From assembly GCA_965199855.1 (NCBI GenBank), contig OZ241326.1:416001-480000 (forward strand): DNA of 64,000 bases. Direction: 5' to 3'. Below are positions 1 to 9,813 of this stretch, piece after piece (the stretch's first letter is position 1; every line of letters starts with the position of its first letter). Position numbers and translations under genes: made by a program. This DNA comes from a bacterium (GTDB lineage Bacteria; UBA8248). Below the pieces are notes generated by a model. It searched no databases. It was not told where the DNA came from and saw nothing but the letters and a program-made list of their open reading frames with translations.

Positions 1-519
1 CGGGGGCGCGGGCTGGCCATCACCCTGCTCCAAACCTCTCTCGGCCTGCCGACCGTCGTCATCGGGCTGCTCGCCTACGGCTTTCTCTCCCGGCGCGGGC
101 CGCTGGGATTCGCCGACCTGCTGTTCACCCCCTCGGCCATCGTGATCGGGCTGGTCGTTCTGGCGATTCCGCTCGTGGCGGTGTTTTCCATGACGTCCGT
201 CGCCTCCGTGGACGAGCGGGCGCGGGAGACGGCGCTCACGCTGGGCGCTTCCGGCCGGCTCGCGGCGTGGACGGTGCTGCGCGAGGCGCGCTTCGGGCTG
301 GCGGCGGCGGTGCTGGCGGCGTTCGGCCGCGTATCCTCGGAGGTGGGCATCGCCATGATGCTCGGAGGGAACATCGAGGGCTACACCCGAACCCTGACGA
401 CGGCCATCGCGCTCGAGAGCATGAAGGGGGAATTCGGCTTCGGCATCGCGCTGGGTGCTGTGCTGCTGGCGATCATCCTGGCGGCGAATCTGCTTTCCCG
501 CTTCATCCAGAGGCTCTGA
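1..519 (+). CDS. tupB: Tungstate/molybdate-type ABC transporter permease (5' truncated by window)
   Basis: Frame is open from base 1 (LGLPTVVIGLLAYGFLSRRGPLG...); FGRVSSEVG-IAMMLGGNIEGYTRTLTTAIALE is typical of TupB-family permeases; followed by an ABC ATPase. Confidence 0.75.
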   Translation, partial: RGRGLAITLLQTSLGLPTVVIGLLAYGFLSRRGPLGFADLLFTPSAIVIGLVVLAIPLVAVFSMTSVASVDERARETALTLGASGRLAAWTVLREARFGLAAAVLAAFGRVSSEVGIAMMLGGNIEGYTRTLTTAIALESMKGEFGFGIALGAVLLAIILAANLLSRFIQRL

Positions 520-520
520 G

Positions 521-1165
521 ATGAGCGCCTTTCTTCTGGAAAACATAAAGTTCCGCTTCGAGAGCGACCTGGTTCTCGACATCGACCGCGTCGAGGCGCC
601 CGCCGGCGCGGTGACGCTGCTCACCGGAGCGAACGGCTCCGGGAAGACGACGCTCCTGCGCGTGATGGCGGGCCTGCTCGCGCCCGAGGCCGGCCTGGTC
701 GCCTACAAGGGCGCGCCCGTCCTCTTCGGCAAGGCGGGGCTCGGCCACAGAAGGCGGGTCTCGCTCCTCGCCCAGGATCCCTGGCTTTTTCGCGGAAGTG
801 TCCTTCAGAACGTCTCCTACGGCCCCCGGGCGCGGGGGATGAACGCGCTGCGGGCGAACAAAAGAGCCGAGGAGGCCCTCCTCAGAACGCGGTGCGAGAG
901 CCTGGCGCGCCGCGACGCCGCGAAACTCTCGGGCGGGGAGAAAAAGCGCGCGGCGCTCGCCCGCGCGCTGGCGGCGGGCGCGGAGACCTTGCTGCTGGAT
1001 GAGCCCGTCTCTCACGTGGACGAGGAGAACAGCGCGCTCATCGCGGGGATTGTCGAGGAGCTGGCCGCCTCGGGAGTCACCCTGGTCGTGAGCGCCCACG
1101 CGCTGGAATGGGCGGCCTCCCTTCCCGTCAGGAGGGTGCGGCTCGCCTACGGCCGGACGGCGTAG
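521..1165 (+). CDS. ABC transporter ATP-binding subunit (TupC-like)
   Basis: Walker A GANGSGKT, signature LSGGEKKR, Walker B LLLDEP; ATG at 521 directly after the permease stop. Confidence 0.85.
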   Translation: MSAFLLENIKFRFESDLVLDIDRVEAPAGAVTLLTGANGSGKTTLLRVMAGLLAPEAGLVAYKGAPVLFGKAGLGHRRRVSLLAQDPWLFRGSVLQNVSYGPRARGMNALRANKRAEEALLRTRCESLARRDAAKLSGGEKKRAALARALAAGAETLLLDEPVSHVDEENSALIAGIVEELAASGVTLVVSAHALEWAASLPVRRVRLAYGRTA

Positions 1166-1166
1166 C

Positions 1167-1919
1167 TCAGGGCAGTTCGCTTTCGTCGGCGTGGCGGGAT
1201 TCGCCGAACAGGTCGGCCTCAAGGGGACCGCCGCGCCAGGGGGGCCAGCGCCTGCTGTAGTAGTCCACCAGCCCCGCCTCGAACGCCCCCGGCCGCGCGT
1301 AGTCCGTCGCCGGCCTTTGGGAGCGGTGGCATTTCTGGGCCTCCAGCCTCGCGCGCGGCAGGCTTCTCCCGTCCACGATGGTGGTGTAGTCGTCCCGATA
1401 GGCGAGGTCGGAGCGATTGAAGAGGGCGCGCCTTTTCCCGGGCGTCGCCCGATGATAGAGGCGTCGGGGGGCGGTGCCCGGGCTTTCCCGCGCGAGCCTG
1501 TGAAAAGCCTTCGTGGCCCAGCCGCCGACGGCTACGTGATCCGGATGGCCGGTGACGCCGTCCTCTCCATACGTCACGACCACGTCGGGCCGGAAGTCCC
1601 GGATGAATCCTTCGACGCGCGGCAGGATGTCCGGCTCCCGCATGAATTTCAGCTTTCCGTCGGGACAGCGCCAGAGCGTCATGCTTTCGACGCCGAGCGC
1701 GCGGCAGGCGTCCTTCAGCTCGGCCTCTCTCACGTCGCCCAGCTCCTCGGGCCTGCACGCGCCGTTCGTGAGGCCCGCCTCTCCGCGCGTGAGGGTGAGG
1801 AGGCCCATGCGGACGCCCCGGCTCGCGTAGAGGGCGATGGTGGCCGGATTGCCGAAGGACTCGTCATCCGGATGCGCATAGACGTGAAGGATGGAGCGTC
1901 TGGAGTCCGGCTCGTTCAT
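1167..1919 (-). CDS. PIG-L/LmbE family deacetylase
   Basis: AHPDDE motif, TRGEAG, GHPDH. Confidence 0.85.
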   Translation of the reverse strand: MNEPDSRRSILHVYAHPDDESFGNPATIALYASRGVRMGLLTLTRGEAGLTNGACRPEELGDVREAELKDACRALGVESMTLWRCPDGKLKFMREPDILPRVEGFIRDFRPDVVVTYGEDGVTGHPDHVAVGGWATKAFHRLARESPGTAPRRLYHRATPGKRRALFNRSDLAYRDDYTTIVDGRSLPRARLEAQKCHRSQRPATDYARPGAFEAGLVDYYSRRWPPWRGGPLEADLFGESRHADESELP

Positions 1920-2196
1920 GGCGCGGCGCGTGGGTCGGCCTCCATCGAATCGGGACGGGCGCGCTGCTTCGGATGAGCGGCTCGGGAGTCGCCGACCCCC
2001 TTCCGCCTCCCCGGCGGCTCCCGCGCTTCGGACGGCGCGCGAGGGGCGTCCCGCAGGGACTCCTCCCCTTGCCCCGCGCCCGCCTTTGGTTTATATGAAA
2101 ACTAGCCCCTGAATGCAAAGTTTGATACGCTGGGCCTTTCGGTTCATGCCGATGGATGATTCGCAGGGTCTCGCCCCATTACAAGGAGTCCGCATC

Positions 2197-3294
2197 GTGG
2201 AGCTAGCCATCGCGAGGGATACGCTGTTCAAGGCCCTTCAAACGATACAGGGCGTCGTGGAAAGCAGGAGCAGCGCGATGCCGATGCTGCAGAACGTGCT
2301 CGTCGAGACCGAAGGGAAAAAGAGCATCCGCCTCTCGGGCACGAATCTCGACATCAGCGTACGGGGAATGTTCGATGCCGAGGTGGGCAAGGAGGGCAGG
2401 GTTACGCTGAACGCGAGGAGGCTGTTCGAGAGCGTTCAGGAGCTCCCTGACGCCGAGATTCGCCTGACCGAAGAGGAGGGGCAGTGGATTCGGATGCGTT
2501 GCGAGCGCTCGAACTTCCGCTTTCCGGGGCTTCCCCCCTCGGATTTCCCCGAGCTTCCCGACGCGAAGGAATCGAAGGCGCACGCGGTTTCCGCCTCGGT
2601 TCTCTCCGAGATGGTTCGCAAGACGATGTTCGCGATATCCACGGACGAGACGCGCTATACCTACAACGGCGTCTTCATGGAGACCGAAGCCGACACGCTG
2701 CGCCTCGTCGCCACGGACGGCCACCGGCTGGCGATGATCGAGCGCGCGGGCGGGGGGCTCGCGTTCGAGGAGGGCGTCATCGTCCACAAGAAGGCCCTGG
2801 GAGAACTCGTGAAGCTCCTCCACGACGGCGAGGGGGAGGTCTCCGTGGGCCTCACCCAGAACCACATCATCTTCCAGAGGGGCAACATCGAGCTCTCGGC
2901 GCGGCTGATAGACGGCGAGTTTCCGAACTACAGGCAGGTGATTCCGGCCAGCAACGAGCATTCCATCCTCATGGATCGGGAGAGCCTGACGCGCGCGGTG
3001 CGGCGGGTCTCCCTTTTCACGAACGAATCGCGGATGGTGAAGTTCGAGTTCTCCTCCGGTCAGCTGAAGCTGACGGCGCACAGCCCCGAGGCCGGAGAGG
3101 CCGAGGAGGTCATCGAATCGAACGCGCAGACCGACCTGACGATCGGCTTCAATTCGCGCTATTGCCTCGACGCGCTCTCCATACTCGATGAGGAGCAGGT
3201 CTGCATGGAGCTCAAGGATTCGCTGAGCCCCGGCGTGATGGCCCCGAAGGACGCGGAGGGCTATACGTACGTCGTCATGCCGATGCGCGTCTGA
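2197..3294 (+). CDS. dnaN: DNA polymerase III beta sliding clamp
   Basis: VATDGHRL, RLIDGEFPNY, IGFNSRY, C-terminal VVMPMRV; GTG start at 2197 after AAGGAG RBS. Confidence 0.95.
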   Translation: MELAIARDTLFKALQTIQGVVESRSSAMPMLQNVLVETEGKKSIRLSGTNLDISVRGMFDAEVGKEGRVTLNARRLFESVQELPDAEIRLTEEEGQWIRMRCERSNFRFPGLPPSDFPELPDAKESKAHAVSASVLSEMVRKTMFAISTDETRYTYNGVFMETEADTLRLVATDGHRLAMIERAGGGLAFEEGVIVHKKALGELVKLLHDGEGEVSVGLTQNHIIFQRGNIELSARLIDGEFPNYRQVIPASNEHSILMDRESLTRAVRRVSLFTNESRMVKFEFSSGQLKLTAHSPEAGEAEEVIESNAQTDLTIGFNSRYCLDALSILDEEQVCMELKDSLSPGVMAPKDAEGYTYVVMPMRV

Positions 3295-3411
3295 CGCTCG
3301 TCAGAGGTTTTTTGGTTTCGCGCGGCGGTTCCGGCTTCGCCGGGAATCGCCGCTTCCGGGGCGCCTCCTCGACGGGGGCGCCCGCGTCGTTTCCGCCGCG
3401 GGTTCAGCCGG

Positions 3412-4683
3412 ATGATCTCCCGTTTCTCCGAGGGGGCGAGCGAGCGCTCCGGCCGCTATTACGGCTGGGTGATCGTCGGCCTCACCTTTCTCACGATGGC
3501 CGTGGGCGGCTCCATCGTCGGAACGTTCCCCGTTTTTTACGTGGCCTTTCTGGAGGAGTTCGGGTGGTCCCGGGCGGACACCGCCCTGGCGTTTTCCTTT
3601 TCGATGGTCACCTTCGCGGCTTCCGCCGGCTTCATCGGCGCGATGGTGGACCGCTGGGGGCCGAGGCTCATCATCCCCGCGGGAATCGCCATTCTGGGCG
3701 TCGGCCTCGCCCTGATGTCGATGGTCTCCAGTCTGCCCGCCCTGTATGTCTTCTACGGGGGCGTCGTGGCCCTGGGCGTCACGATGTTCGGGTTCATCCC
3801 CACGAGCACCGTCGTGAGCCAGTGGTTCACGCGGCGCCGCTCCACGGCGATGGGCGTAGCCCTGTCGGGGAGAAGCTGCGGCGGCGTCCTCATGGTTCCG
3901 CTTTCCGCCTGGCTCATCGCGGTTTTCGGGTGGCGCGGCGCCTACCTTCTGCTGGCCGTCGGGGTCGTCGTCCTGCTCGTTCCCCTGAACCTGGCCCTGC
4001 ACCGCGCCCGCCCCGCCGCGGCGGGAAGAAGGGCGGCGGACGGCTCCGGCGCGGACTGGACCTTGCGGGAGGCGCTGGGCGATTCGGCCTTCTGGCTTTT
4101 GTTTCTCGCGGGGATGTTCAACGGCGTCGGCTTCAGCGTGGTCGGCGTGCATCAGGTCGCGCACATGGTCGACGTGGGGATGAGCCCGCTCAAGGCCGCC
4201 TCCCTCATCGGGGGGCTGGCGGTCGTCAGGGCGGCGGGAGGCGTCTTCGGCGGCTGGATGGGAGACAGAATCGGCCGAACCCGCACCTTTCACCTGCTCA
4301 GCCTCCTCGCCATGGCGGGCGTCTTCCTGCTGATGAACCTCTCCGCGCGCCATGCCTGGCTGGGCTATCTCTACGTCCTGGCGTATGGAGTCGGCGCCGG
4401 CGCCCGAGGCGCGATTTTCGTGTCGATCAAGGCGGACGTCTTTCCCGGGGGGAGCTTCGGCCGCATCCTGGGCTTCAGCCAGATGGGCGGGGGACTGGCC
4501 TCGGCCGCGGGCCCCTGGCTGGCGGGGTATTTCTTCGACGTGTGGAGAAGCTATTACTGGGCGTTCATTCTGGTGCTGACCGTTCAGGCACTCTCGATGC
4601 TGGCGGTCGCGGCGGCGGCCTCCGGCGCCGGGAGGAGGAAAGGCGGCTTTCGGGGAGGCGCCGCGGGGGCGCCTCGATCATGA
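3412..4683 (+). CDS. MFS transporter
   Basis: About 12 hydrophobic segments, motif A-like GAMVDRWGPR and GWMGDRIGR. Confidence 0.88.
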   Translation: MISRFSEGASERSGRYYGWVIVGLTFLTMAVGGSIVGTFPVFYVAFLEEFGWSRADTALAFSFSMVTFAASAGFIGAMVDRWGPRLIIPAGIAILGVGLALMSMVSSLPALYVFYGGVVALGVTMFGFIPTSTVVSQWFTRRRSTAMGVALSGRSCGGVLMVPLSAWLIAVFGWRGAYLLLAVGVVVLLVPLNLALHRARPAAAGRRAADGSGADWTLREALGDSAFWLLFLAGMFNGVGFSVVGVHQVAHMVDVGMSPLKAASLIGGLAVVRAAGGVFGGWMGDRIGRTRTFHLLSLLAMAGVFLLMNLSARHAWLGYLYVLAYGVGAGARGAIFVSIKADVFPGGSFGRILGFSQMGGGLASAAGPWLAGYFFDVWRSYYWAFILVLTVQALSMLAVAAAASGAGRRKGGFRGGAAGAPRS

Positions 4684-5250
4684 GGCCGCCCTCTCCTTCT
4701 CCGCGATCATCGACTCGATGAGGGCGATCATGCTCTCGGGCGGCATCTGCTCGATGTTCAGGATGCCGTGGTAGAGCGTCGGGTCGGCGAAGTCGACGTC
4801 GAAAAAATACTGGGCGAACAGGGCGTGATCCCGATCGGTTCTCTTGATGGTTTCCTCCGAGGCCGTTCTCGTGACCCCGGAGGACTCCATGAAGTGGCGG
4901 ATGCGCGCCTCCGCGCTGCCGACGATTCGCAGGTGAAGGGCGTCGGCCCGATCCCTGAGGAGCACCTGTCCTCCCCATCCGCCGATGACGACGCCGCCCC
5001 TGTCCGCCGCCTCGTTCATGGCCTCGGACAGGACGCCGCGCAGGCTGTCGCGCCGCACGCCGAAGGTGCGCTCCATGATCGTCGGCGCGCGCCCTTCGAT
5101 TTTCTCCAGGTCCAGATTGAGGCCCCGCGCGCCGCAGATTTCGACGAGTTCGTCGCGTCCGAGAAAATCGTGGTTCAGCTTCTCGGCGAGCTGCCTTGCG
5201 ATGAAAATTCCGCCGGTTCCGTATTGACGCGAGATGGTGACGACGGCCAT
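4678..5250 (-). CDS. Cytidylate kinase-like family protein
   Basis: N-terminal VVTISRQYGTGG, DPTLYH; ATG at 5250. Confidence 0.8.
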   Translation of the reverse strand: MAVVTISRQYGTGGIFIARQLAEKLNHDFLGRDELVEICGARGLNLDLEKIEGRAPTIMERTFGVRRDSLRGVLSEAMNEAADRGGVVIGGWGGQVLLRDRADALHLRIVGSAEARIRHFMESSGVTRTASEETIKRTDRDHALFAQYFFDVDFADPTLYHGILNIEQMPPESMIALIESMIAEKERAAS

Positions 5251-5284
5251 GGGGAGCCTCCTTGCCGGATGGAATGCCACTTTC

Positions 5285-5313
5285 AGTATAGCCTTCCGCC
5301 CGGATTTTATCAA
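5285..5313 (-). promoter_or_regulatory. Putative sigma-70 promoter of the cytidylate kinase-like gene
   Basis: TTGATA-17 nt-TATACT on the minus strand, 35 nt upstream of the ATG. Confidence 0.5.
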
Positions 5314-5445
5314 AAGCGAATTTTCGCGGGAAATCCTTGCGAGGGACGCCCCGCCCCCGAACGCCGGGGGAGGTGAACGGCGCCTTCGGGGTGGGGTATT
5401 CTTGAGGCGAGGGCTTTCGGCGCGCCCGCGCGTCCGGTCGTTTGG

Positions 5446-6027
5446 ATGGAGGGGAGCTTCGTGGCGATTCCACCCGATGAACTTCTGAGGCGTCTCGGCG
5501 TTCATACCCCGCTTTACGCCGCGGATGCGGAGGGAATCTTCGCCGTCCTGAACGATCAGGAAAAGGGCCATTTCTTCGCGGTGGACCGCGGAAGCGGCGA
5601 TTTCCGCTGGCGCGTGGCGAATACGGCGGGCTGGGTCATCGCCCCGCCCCTCATCTGGGAGGATTTGTATATCGTGGGCACGAGCCGGGCGGAAATGAGG
5701 CGGGAGGAGAGGGGCGGGCCGTTCGCGAGGGTGGACTGGAAGCGCGAGGGCGCGGTGTATGCCTTCGGCGCCAGGGACGGCGCCGCGCGGTTCTGGGATG
5801 AGAGAACGGGGGTGGTGCGGGAGTCGCCCCGGGTGGAGGACGGCGTCCTGATCGTGGAGGGAGAAGTCCGGGTGGGCGGCTTTCGGGACGGGGATCCCTG
5901 GTCCTCATCCGCCGAAGTCGAAAGCCGCTTTTCGCTCAGGGAGGGGCGGCTGCTCTCCCGCCGCGCGCGGGGGGAGGCGCCCCCCGGCTACTTCCGGGGA
6001 GAGGCGCCGCCCGCGGCGTGGGCCTGA
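5446..6027 (+). CDS. Hypothetical protein with PQQ-like beta-propeller repeats
   Basis: FFAVDRGSGDFRW and VYAFGARDGAARFW resemble PQQ-like repeats; start uncertain. Confidence 0.45.
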   Translation: MEGSFVAIPPDELLRRLGVHTPLYAADAEGIFAVLNDQEKGHFFAVDRGSGDFRWRVANTAGWVIAPPLIWEDLYIVGTSRAEMRREERGGPFARVDWKREGAVYAFGARDGAARFWDERTGVVRESPRVEDGVLIVEGEVRVGGFRDGDPWSSSAEVESRFSLREGRLLSRRARGEAPPGYFRGEAPPAAWA

Positions 6028-6906
6028 GCGCCTCGTTTTTTCCTTTTCAGCTCCCTCGCCATCAGCAGCGCGTTTTGCGGAACGAGGTTCGGGCGGAACC
6101 AGTTGCGGTATTCATCCATGCGGACGCGCGAGGCCGCCTTCGCCGGAGTCGGGCTTTCCTTCAGGGCGGCGGCCGTGCGCGAGCGCAGCTTCGTCATGTA
6201 GCCCCGGAATTCATCCCACGCGCCCGAAGCGGGCCGGGCGGGAACCGGCCCGTGGCCGGGGATGAGGCGCTTCGCGGGCAGTTTCTTCAGCCCGGGAATC
6301 GCGTCCATCCAGTTGCCGAAGCTGCCCAGCCGCGCCACCGGATGCGTCCGGTAGTCGAGCAGGTCTCCCGTGAACAGAATCCTCTCTTCCGGCATCCACA
6401 CGACGGCGTCTCCCTTCGTGTGGCAGTGGCCGACGTAGATCATCTCGAACAGCCGCCCGCCGTAGCGGATGGATATTTTCTCGTCGAACGTCACCATGGG
6501 CGGCGCGGCGCTTGCCGATCAGGTGCTCCACCTTTTGCGGCCTGCCCGCCATCTGGGTCACCCAGATGCCTTCGCCTTCTTCGCGCTCCATCTCCCGGCG
6601 GACGTTCTCGTGGCCGACGGAGACGGCGCCCCGCCCGTGGTAGTAGCCGTTGTCCGAGGTGTGGTCGAAGTTGTGGTGGGTGTTCAGCGCGAGCCCGGGC
6701 GATTTTCGGGTGATCTTTCTCATGCCGTCAAGGAAGTCTTTGCGCGCGCGGATGTCGTTGTCGATGAGAACGGGCTTCTCCTCCGTGAGGACGAGGCCGA
6801 AATTCGTCGCGCCTCCTCCTCCGATGAATGCGTGGACGCCCTCGGCCACTTCGACGAATCCCCGGGTCCTCGCCGGGCCCGGAAGCGCCTTCGCTTTGCG
6901 CGGCAT
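5988..6906 (-). pseudogene. MBL-fold metallo-hydrolase (cyclase-like), split by a frameshift near 6510
   Basis: N-half has NTHHNFDH; C-half in another frame has GHCHTKGD, FTGDLL, IPGHGP. Confidence 0.75.
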
Positions 6907-7028
6907 CGCGTTCTCCTTGCGGGTCGCGGGGGATGGCGATATGGTTGCGGAAGCCGGCGGAGAAGATAGCAAAGTCCTCTCGAAGCGGCAACGCCGCGCC
7001 ATGAAGCCTCACGGACGAAGGTGCCAAG

Positions 7029-8249
7029 GTGGCCTCCTATTCCGCGTTCATCGGTCTGGAATGCTCGAAGACGGGCGAGCGGCTCGCCCCCGGCGGCCTG
7101 ATGAGCCTGAGCGCCTGCGGCGCTCCCCTGCTGGCGCGATACGACGCGGAGGCCGCCGCGCGGACGCTGCGCCTCGGGGACGTGGCGGGCCGCCCCCGCT
7201 CGATGTGGCGCTATCACGAAATGCTCCCGGTGCCCGACGCGGCCGCCGTCGTCACCCTGGGCGAGGGCATGACGCCCCTGCTCGAGGCCCCCCGCCTGGG
7301 AAGGTCGCTGGGGTTCTCCCGCCTGTTCGTGAAGGACGAGGGGGCGAACCCGACGGGGAGCTTCAAGGCGCGGGGGCTCTCCGCGGCGATCACGATGGCG
7401 CGCCATCTGGGAGCGGAGAAGGTCGCCATGCCCACCGCGGGAAACGCGGGCGGAGCGGCGGCGGCCTACGCCGCGCGGGCGGGAATCGAGGCGTCCGTCT
7501 TCATGCCGGAGCAGGCCCCGGCCGTTCACAAGGCGGAGTGCGCTCTGGCGGGCGCGGACCTGACCATCGTTCGCGGCTATATTCATCACTGCGCGGAAAT
7601 CGCGGCGGAGCGGGCGCCCGCGGAAGGCTGGTTCGAGCTGTCCACCTTCAAGGAGCCGTATCGCGCCGAGGGCAAAAAGACGATGGCCTACGAGCTGGTC
7701 GAGCAGTTCGGCGGCGACCTCCCCGACGCGATCCTCTACCCGACGGGCGGCGGGACGGGCCTGGTGGCGATGTGGCGCGCCTTCGGCGAGCTCGAGGCGC
7801 TGGGCTGGATAGGCGAGAGGAGGCCCCGCATGATCTGCGTTCAGGCCGAGGGCTGCGCGCCGCTCGTTCGGGCATACGAGAGAGGGGAGGAGGCCGCCTC
7901 CCCGTGGGAGAACCCCGATACGGCGGTGTCCGGCCTGCGCGCGCCGAAGGCGCTGGCGGATTTTCTCTGTCTGCGCGCCATCCGGGAGAGCGGAGGAACG
8001 GCGATCGCCGTCCCGGACGAGATGATGTTCGACGCCCAGAGGCGGGCGGGCGCGGCCGAGGGAATGCTCATCTGCCCGGAGGGCGGCGCCTGCGTCGCGG
8101 CGCTGGAGGCGCTGCGCGAGCGGGGCGACCTCGGGCGCGATGAGCGCATCGTGGCGTTCAATACGGCGAGCGGCCTGAAATACGCGGAGATGGTGGAGGC
8201 GGAGCCTCCCCTCGTCGATCCGCTTCCGGCGCGGGGGCGGAGCGCGTGA
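7029..8249 (+). CDS. thrC: Threonine synthase-like PLP enzyme
   Basis: TLGEGMTPL, NPTGSFKARG (PLP Lys), TAGNAG, EGKKTM, PTGGGTG. Confidence 0.8.
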   Translation: MASYSAFIGLECSKTGERLAPGGLMSLSACGAPLLARYDAEAAARTLRLGDVAGRPRSMWRYHEMLPVPDAAAVVTLGEGMTPLLEAPRLGRSLGFSRLFVKDEGANPTGSFKARGLSAAITMARHLGAEKVAMPTAGNAGGAAAAYAARAGIEASVFMPEQAPAVHKAECALAGADLTIVRGYIHHCAEIAAERAPAEGWFELSTFKEPYRAEGKKTMAYELVEQFGGDLPDAILYPTGGGTGLVAMWRAFGELEALGWIGERRPRMICVQAEGCAPLVRAYERGEEAASPWENPDTAVSGLRAPKALADFLCLRAIRESGGTAIAVPDEMMFDAQRRAGAAEGMLICPEGGACVAALEALRERGDLGRDERIVAFNTASGLKYAEMVEAEPPLVDPLPARGRSA

Positions 8250-8674
8250 TTGAAATCACGAGGCGAGAGGAGTTCTCCGCGGCGCACCGGCTGTTCCGGC
8301 CCGACTGGAGCGGCGCGCGCAACGAGGCCGTCTATGGAAAATGCGCGAATCCGCACTATCACGGCCACAACTACGTCTTCGAGGTTACCCTGCGCGGCCC
8401 CGTCAGTCCCGAAACGGGCATGGCGCACAATCTCGCCGATCTCAAGAGCGTCATGCGGCGCGAGATCGTCGAAGCGCTCGATCACAGGAATCTGAACGAG
8501 GACGCGGCGGCGTTCATGAAGAACCGCATCCCCACGGCGGAGAACATAGCGGTTTCGATCTGGGAGCGCCTGACCGAACATCTGGACGCGGGGCTTCTGT
8601 TCCGCGTCCGCCTGTATGAGAACGATCGGAATTTCGTGGACTACTACGGAGAAGGCCCCGATGGGGTTCGGTGA
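8246..8674 (+). CDS. 6-pyruvoyltetrahydropterin synthase (COG0720, C-X5-HGH PTPS-II type)
   Basis: FSAAHRL, KCANPHYHGHNY, LDHRNLN, TAENIA; GTGA overlap with upstream gene. Confidence 0.85.
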   Translation: MIEITRREEFSAAHRLFRPDWSGARNEAVYGKCANPHYHGHNYVFEVTLRGPVSPETGMAHNLADLKSVMRREIVEALDHRNLNEDAAAFMKNRIPTAENIAVSIWERLTEHLDAGLLFRVRLYENDRNFVDYYGEGPDGVR

Positions 8675-9392
8675 TACCGGGCGGCTGGAGAAAAGGCGAA
8701 TCGTCCTCACCGGCGCTTCCCGGGGAATCGGCCGCGCGAGCGCGCTTCGCCTCGCCAGGGCGGGCGCGAGGGTGCTCGCCGTCTCAAGGGACCCAGACGC
8801 TCTGGCGAGGCTGGCGTTCGAGTCCGGGGGATGCGCCGGCCAGGTTTTTCCGCACGCCTGCGACGTGACGAAGACCGATGAGGTCGAAGCGCTCGCCGAG
8901 GCGGCCGAAAAGCGGCTGGAGGGCGTGGACGCGCTGGTGAACAACGCGGGCGCGGGCGTCTTCAAGGAGATGGGCGCCCTCTCGCCGGAGGAGTTCAACG
9001 CGACGCTCTCGGTGTGCCTCACCGCCCCCTTCATGCTGACGCGGGCGCTTTGCCCCATGCTCGAAGCGGCGGGCGGCGAGGTCGTCAACGTCTCTTCCAT
9101 CAGCGCGGTCTCCGGCTTTCCGGGCGCCTCGGCCTACTGCGCCGCCAAGGCGGGCCTCGAAGGATTGTCGAGGGCGCTGGTGGAGGAGCTCAGACCCAGA
9201 GGGATACGCCTCACCATCGTTCGCCCCGGCGCCTGCGCGACGGACATGTGGAAGTCCATTCCGGGAGAGTTCGACTTCGACGAGATGATCCCGCCCGATC
9301 TGGTGGCGGAATCCATCGAGTTTCTGCTGTCCCAATCCCGAAGGGTCTGGACGGAGTCCATGGTGGTTCTCCCGCCGAAGGGCGCGCTCTAG
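8661..9392 (+). CDS. SDR oxidoreductase, sepiapterin-reductase-like
   Basis: TGASRGIG, NNAG, YCAAK catalytic motif; overlaps the PTPS stop. Confidence 0.85.
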   Translation: MGFGDTGRLEKRRIVLTGASRGIGRASALRLARAGARVLAVSRDPDALARLAFESGGCAGQVFPHACDVTKTDEVEALAEAAEKRLEGVDALVNNAGAGVFKEMGALSPEEFNATLSVCLTAPFMLTRALCPMLEAAGGEVVNVSSISAVSGFPGASAYCAAKAGLEGLSRALVEELRPRGIRLTIVRPGACATDMWKSIPGEFDFDEMIPPDLVAESIEFLLSQSRRVWTESMVVLPPKGAL

Positions 9393-9510
9393 CTTCTCCG
9401 CCGCCCGGGGCGCGTCCGCCGCGCCCGTTGAAGAAGGCGGAGAAAGAGAATACATTCGGTCGCTGGACGACGGAACTTCTGAAAATCCGCACCCGCGCGG
9501 GAGGCCGGCC

Positions 9511-9810
9511 TTGGGCGTCATTCGATACGAAAACCTGAACGTCGAATACGAGGCGGAGGCGGGCGGCTCCATTCTCGACGCGGACTTGGACAACGGCGTC
9601 GATCATGCGAGCGATTGCGGCGGGAACTGCGCCTGCTCCACCTGCAAGGTGATCGTGGTGTCCGGAGCCGAGCTCCTCTCCCCGCAGGGCGAGGACGAGA
9701 GGGATACGCTGGACGCGTATGGATGGAGCCCGGACGAGTATCGCCTGGCCTGCCAGTGCGTCGTGGAGGGAGAGGGCCGAATCGTCCTGCGAATGCCGGA
9801 GCCGGAATAG
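9511..9810 (+). CDS. 2Fe-2S ferredoxin
   Basis: CGGNCACSTC ... RLACQ. Confidence 0.88.
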   Translation: MGVIRYENLNVEYEAEAGGSILDADLDNGVDHASDCGGNCACSTCKVIVVSGAELLSPQGEDERDTLDAYGWSPDEYRLACQCVVEGEGRIVLRMPEPE

Positions 9811-9813
9811 CGC

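Noticed and set aside
8246-8674. queD (queuosine synthesis)
   Set aside because: The motif is C-X5-HGH rather than C-X3-HGH and no queC/E/F genes are adjacent
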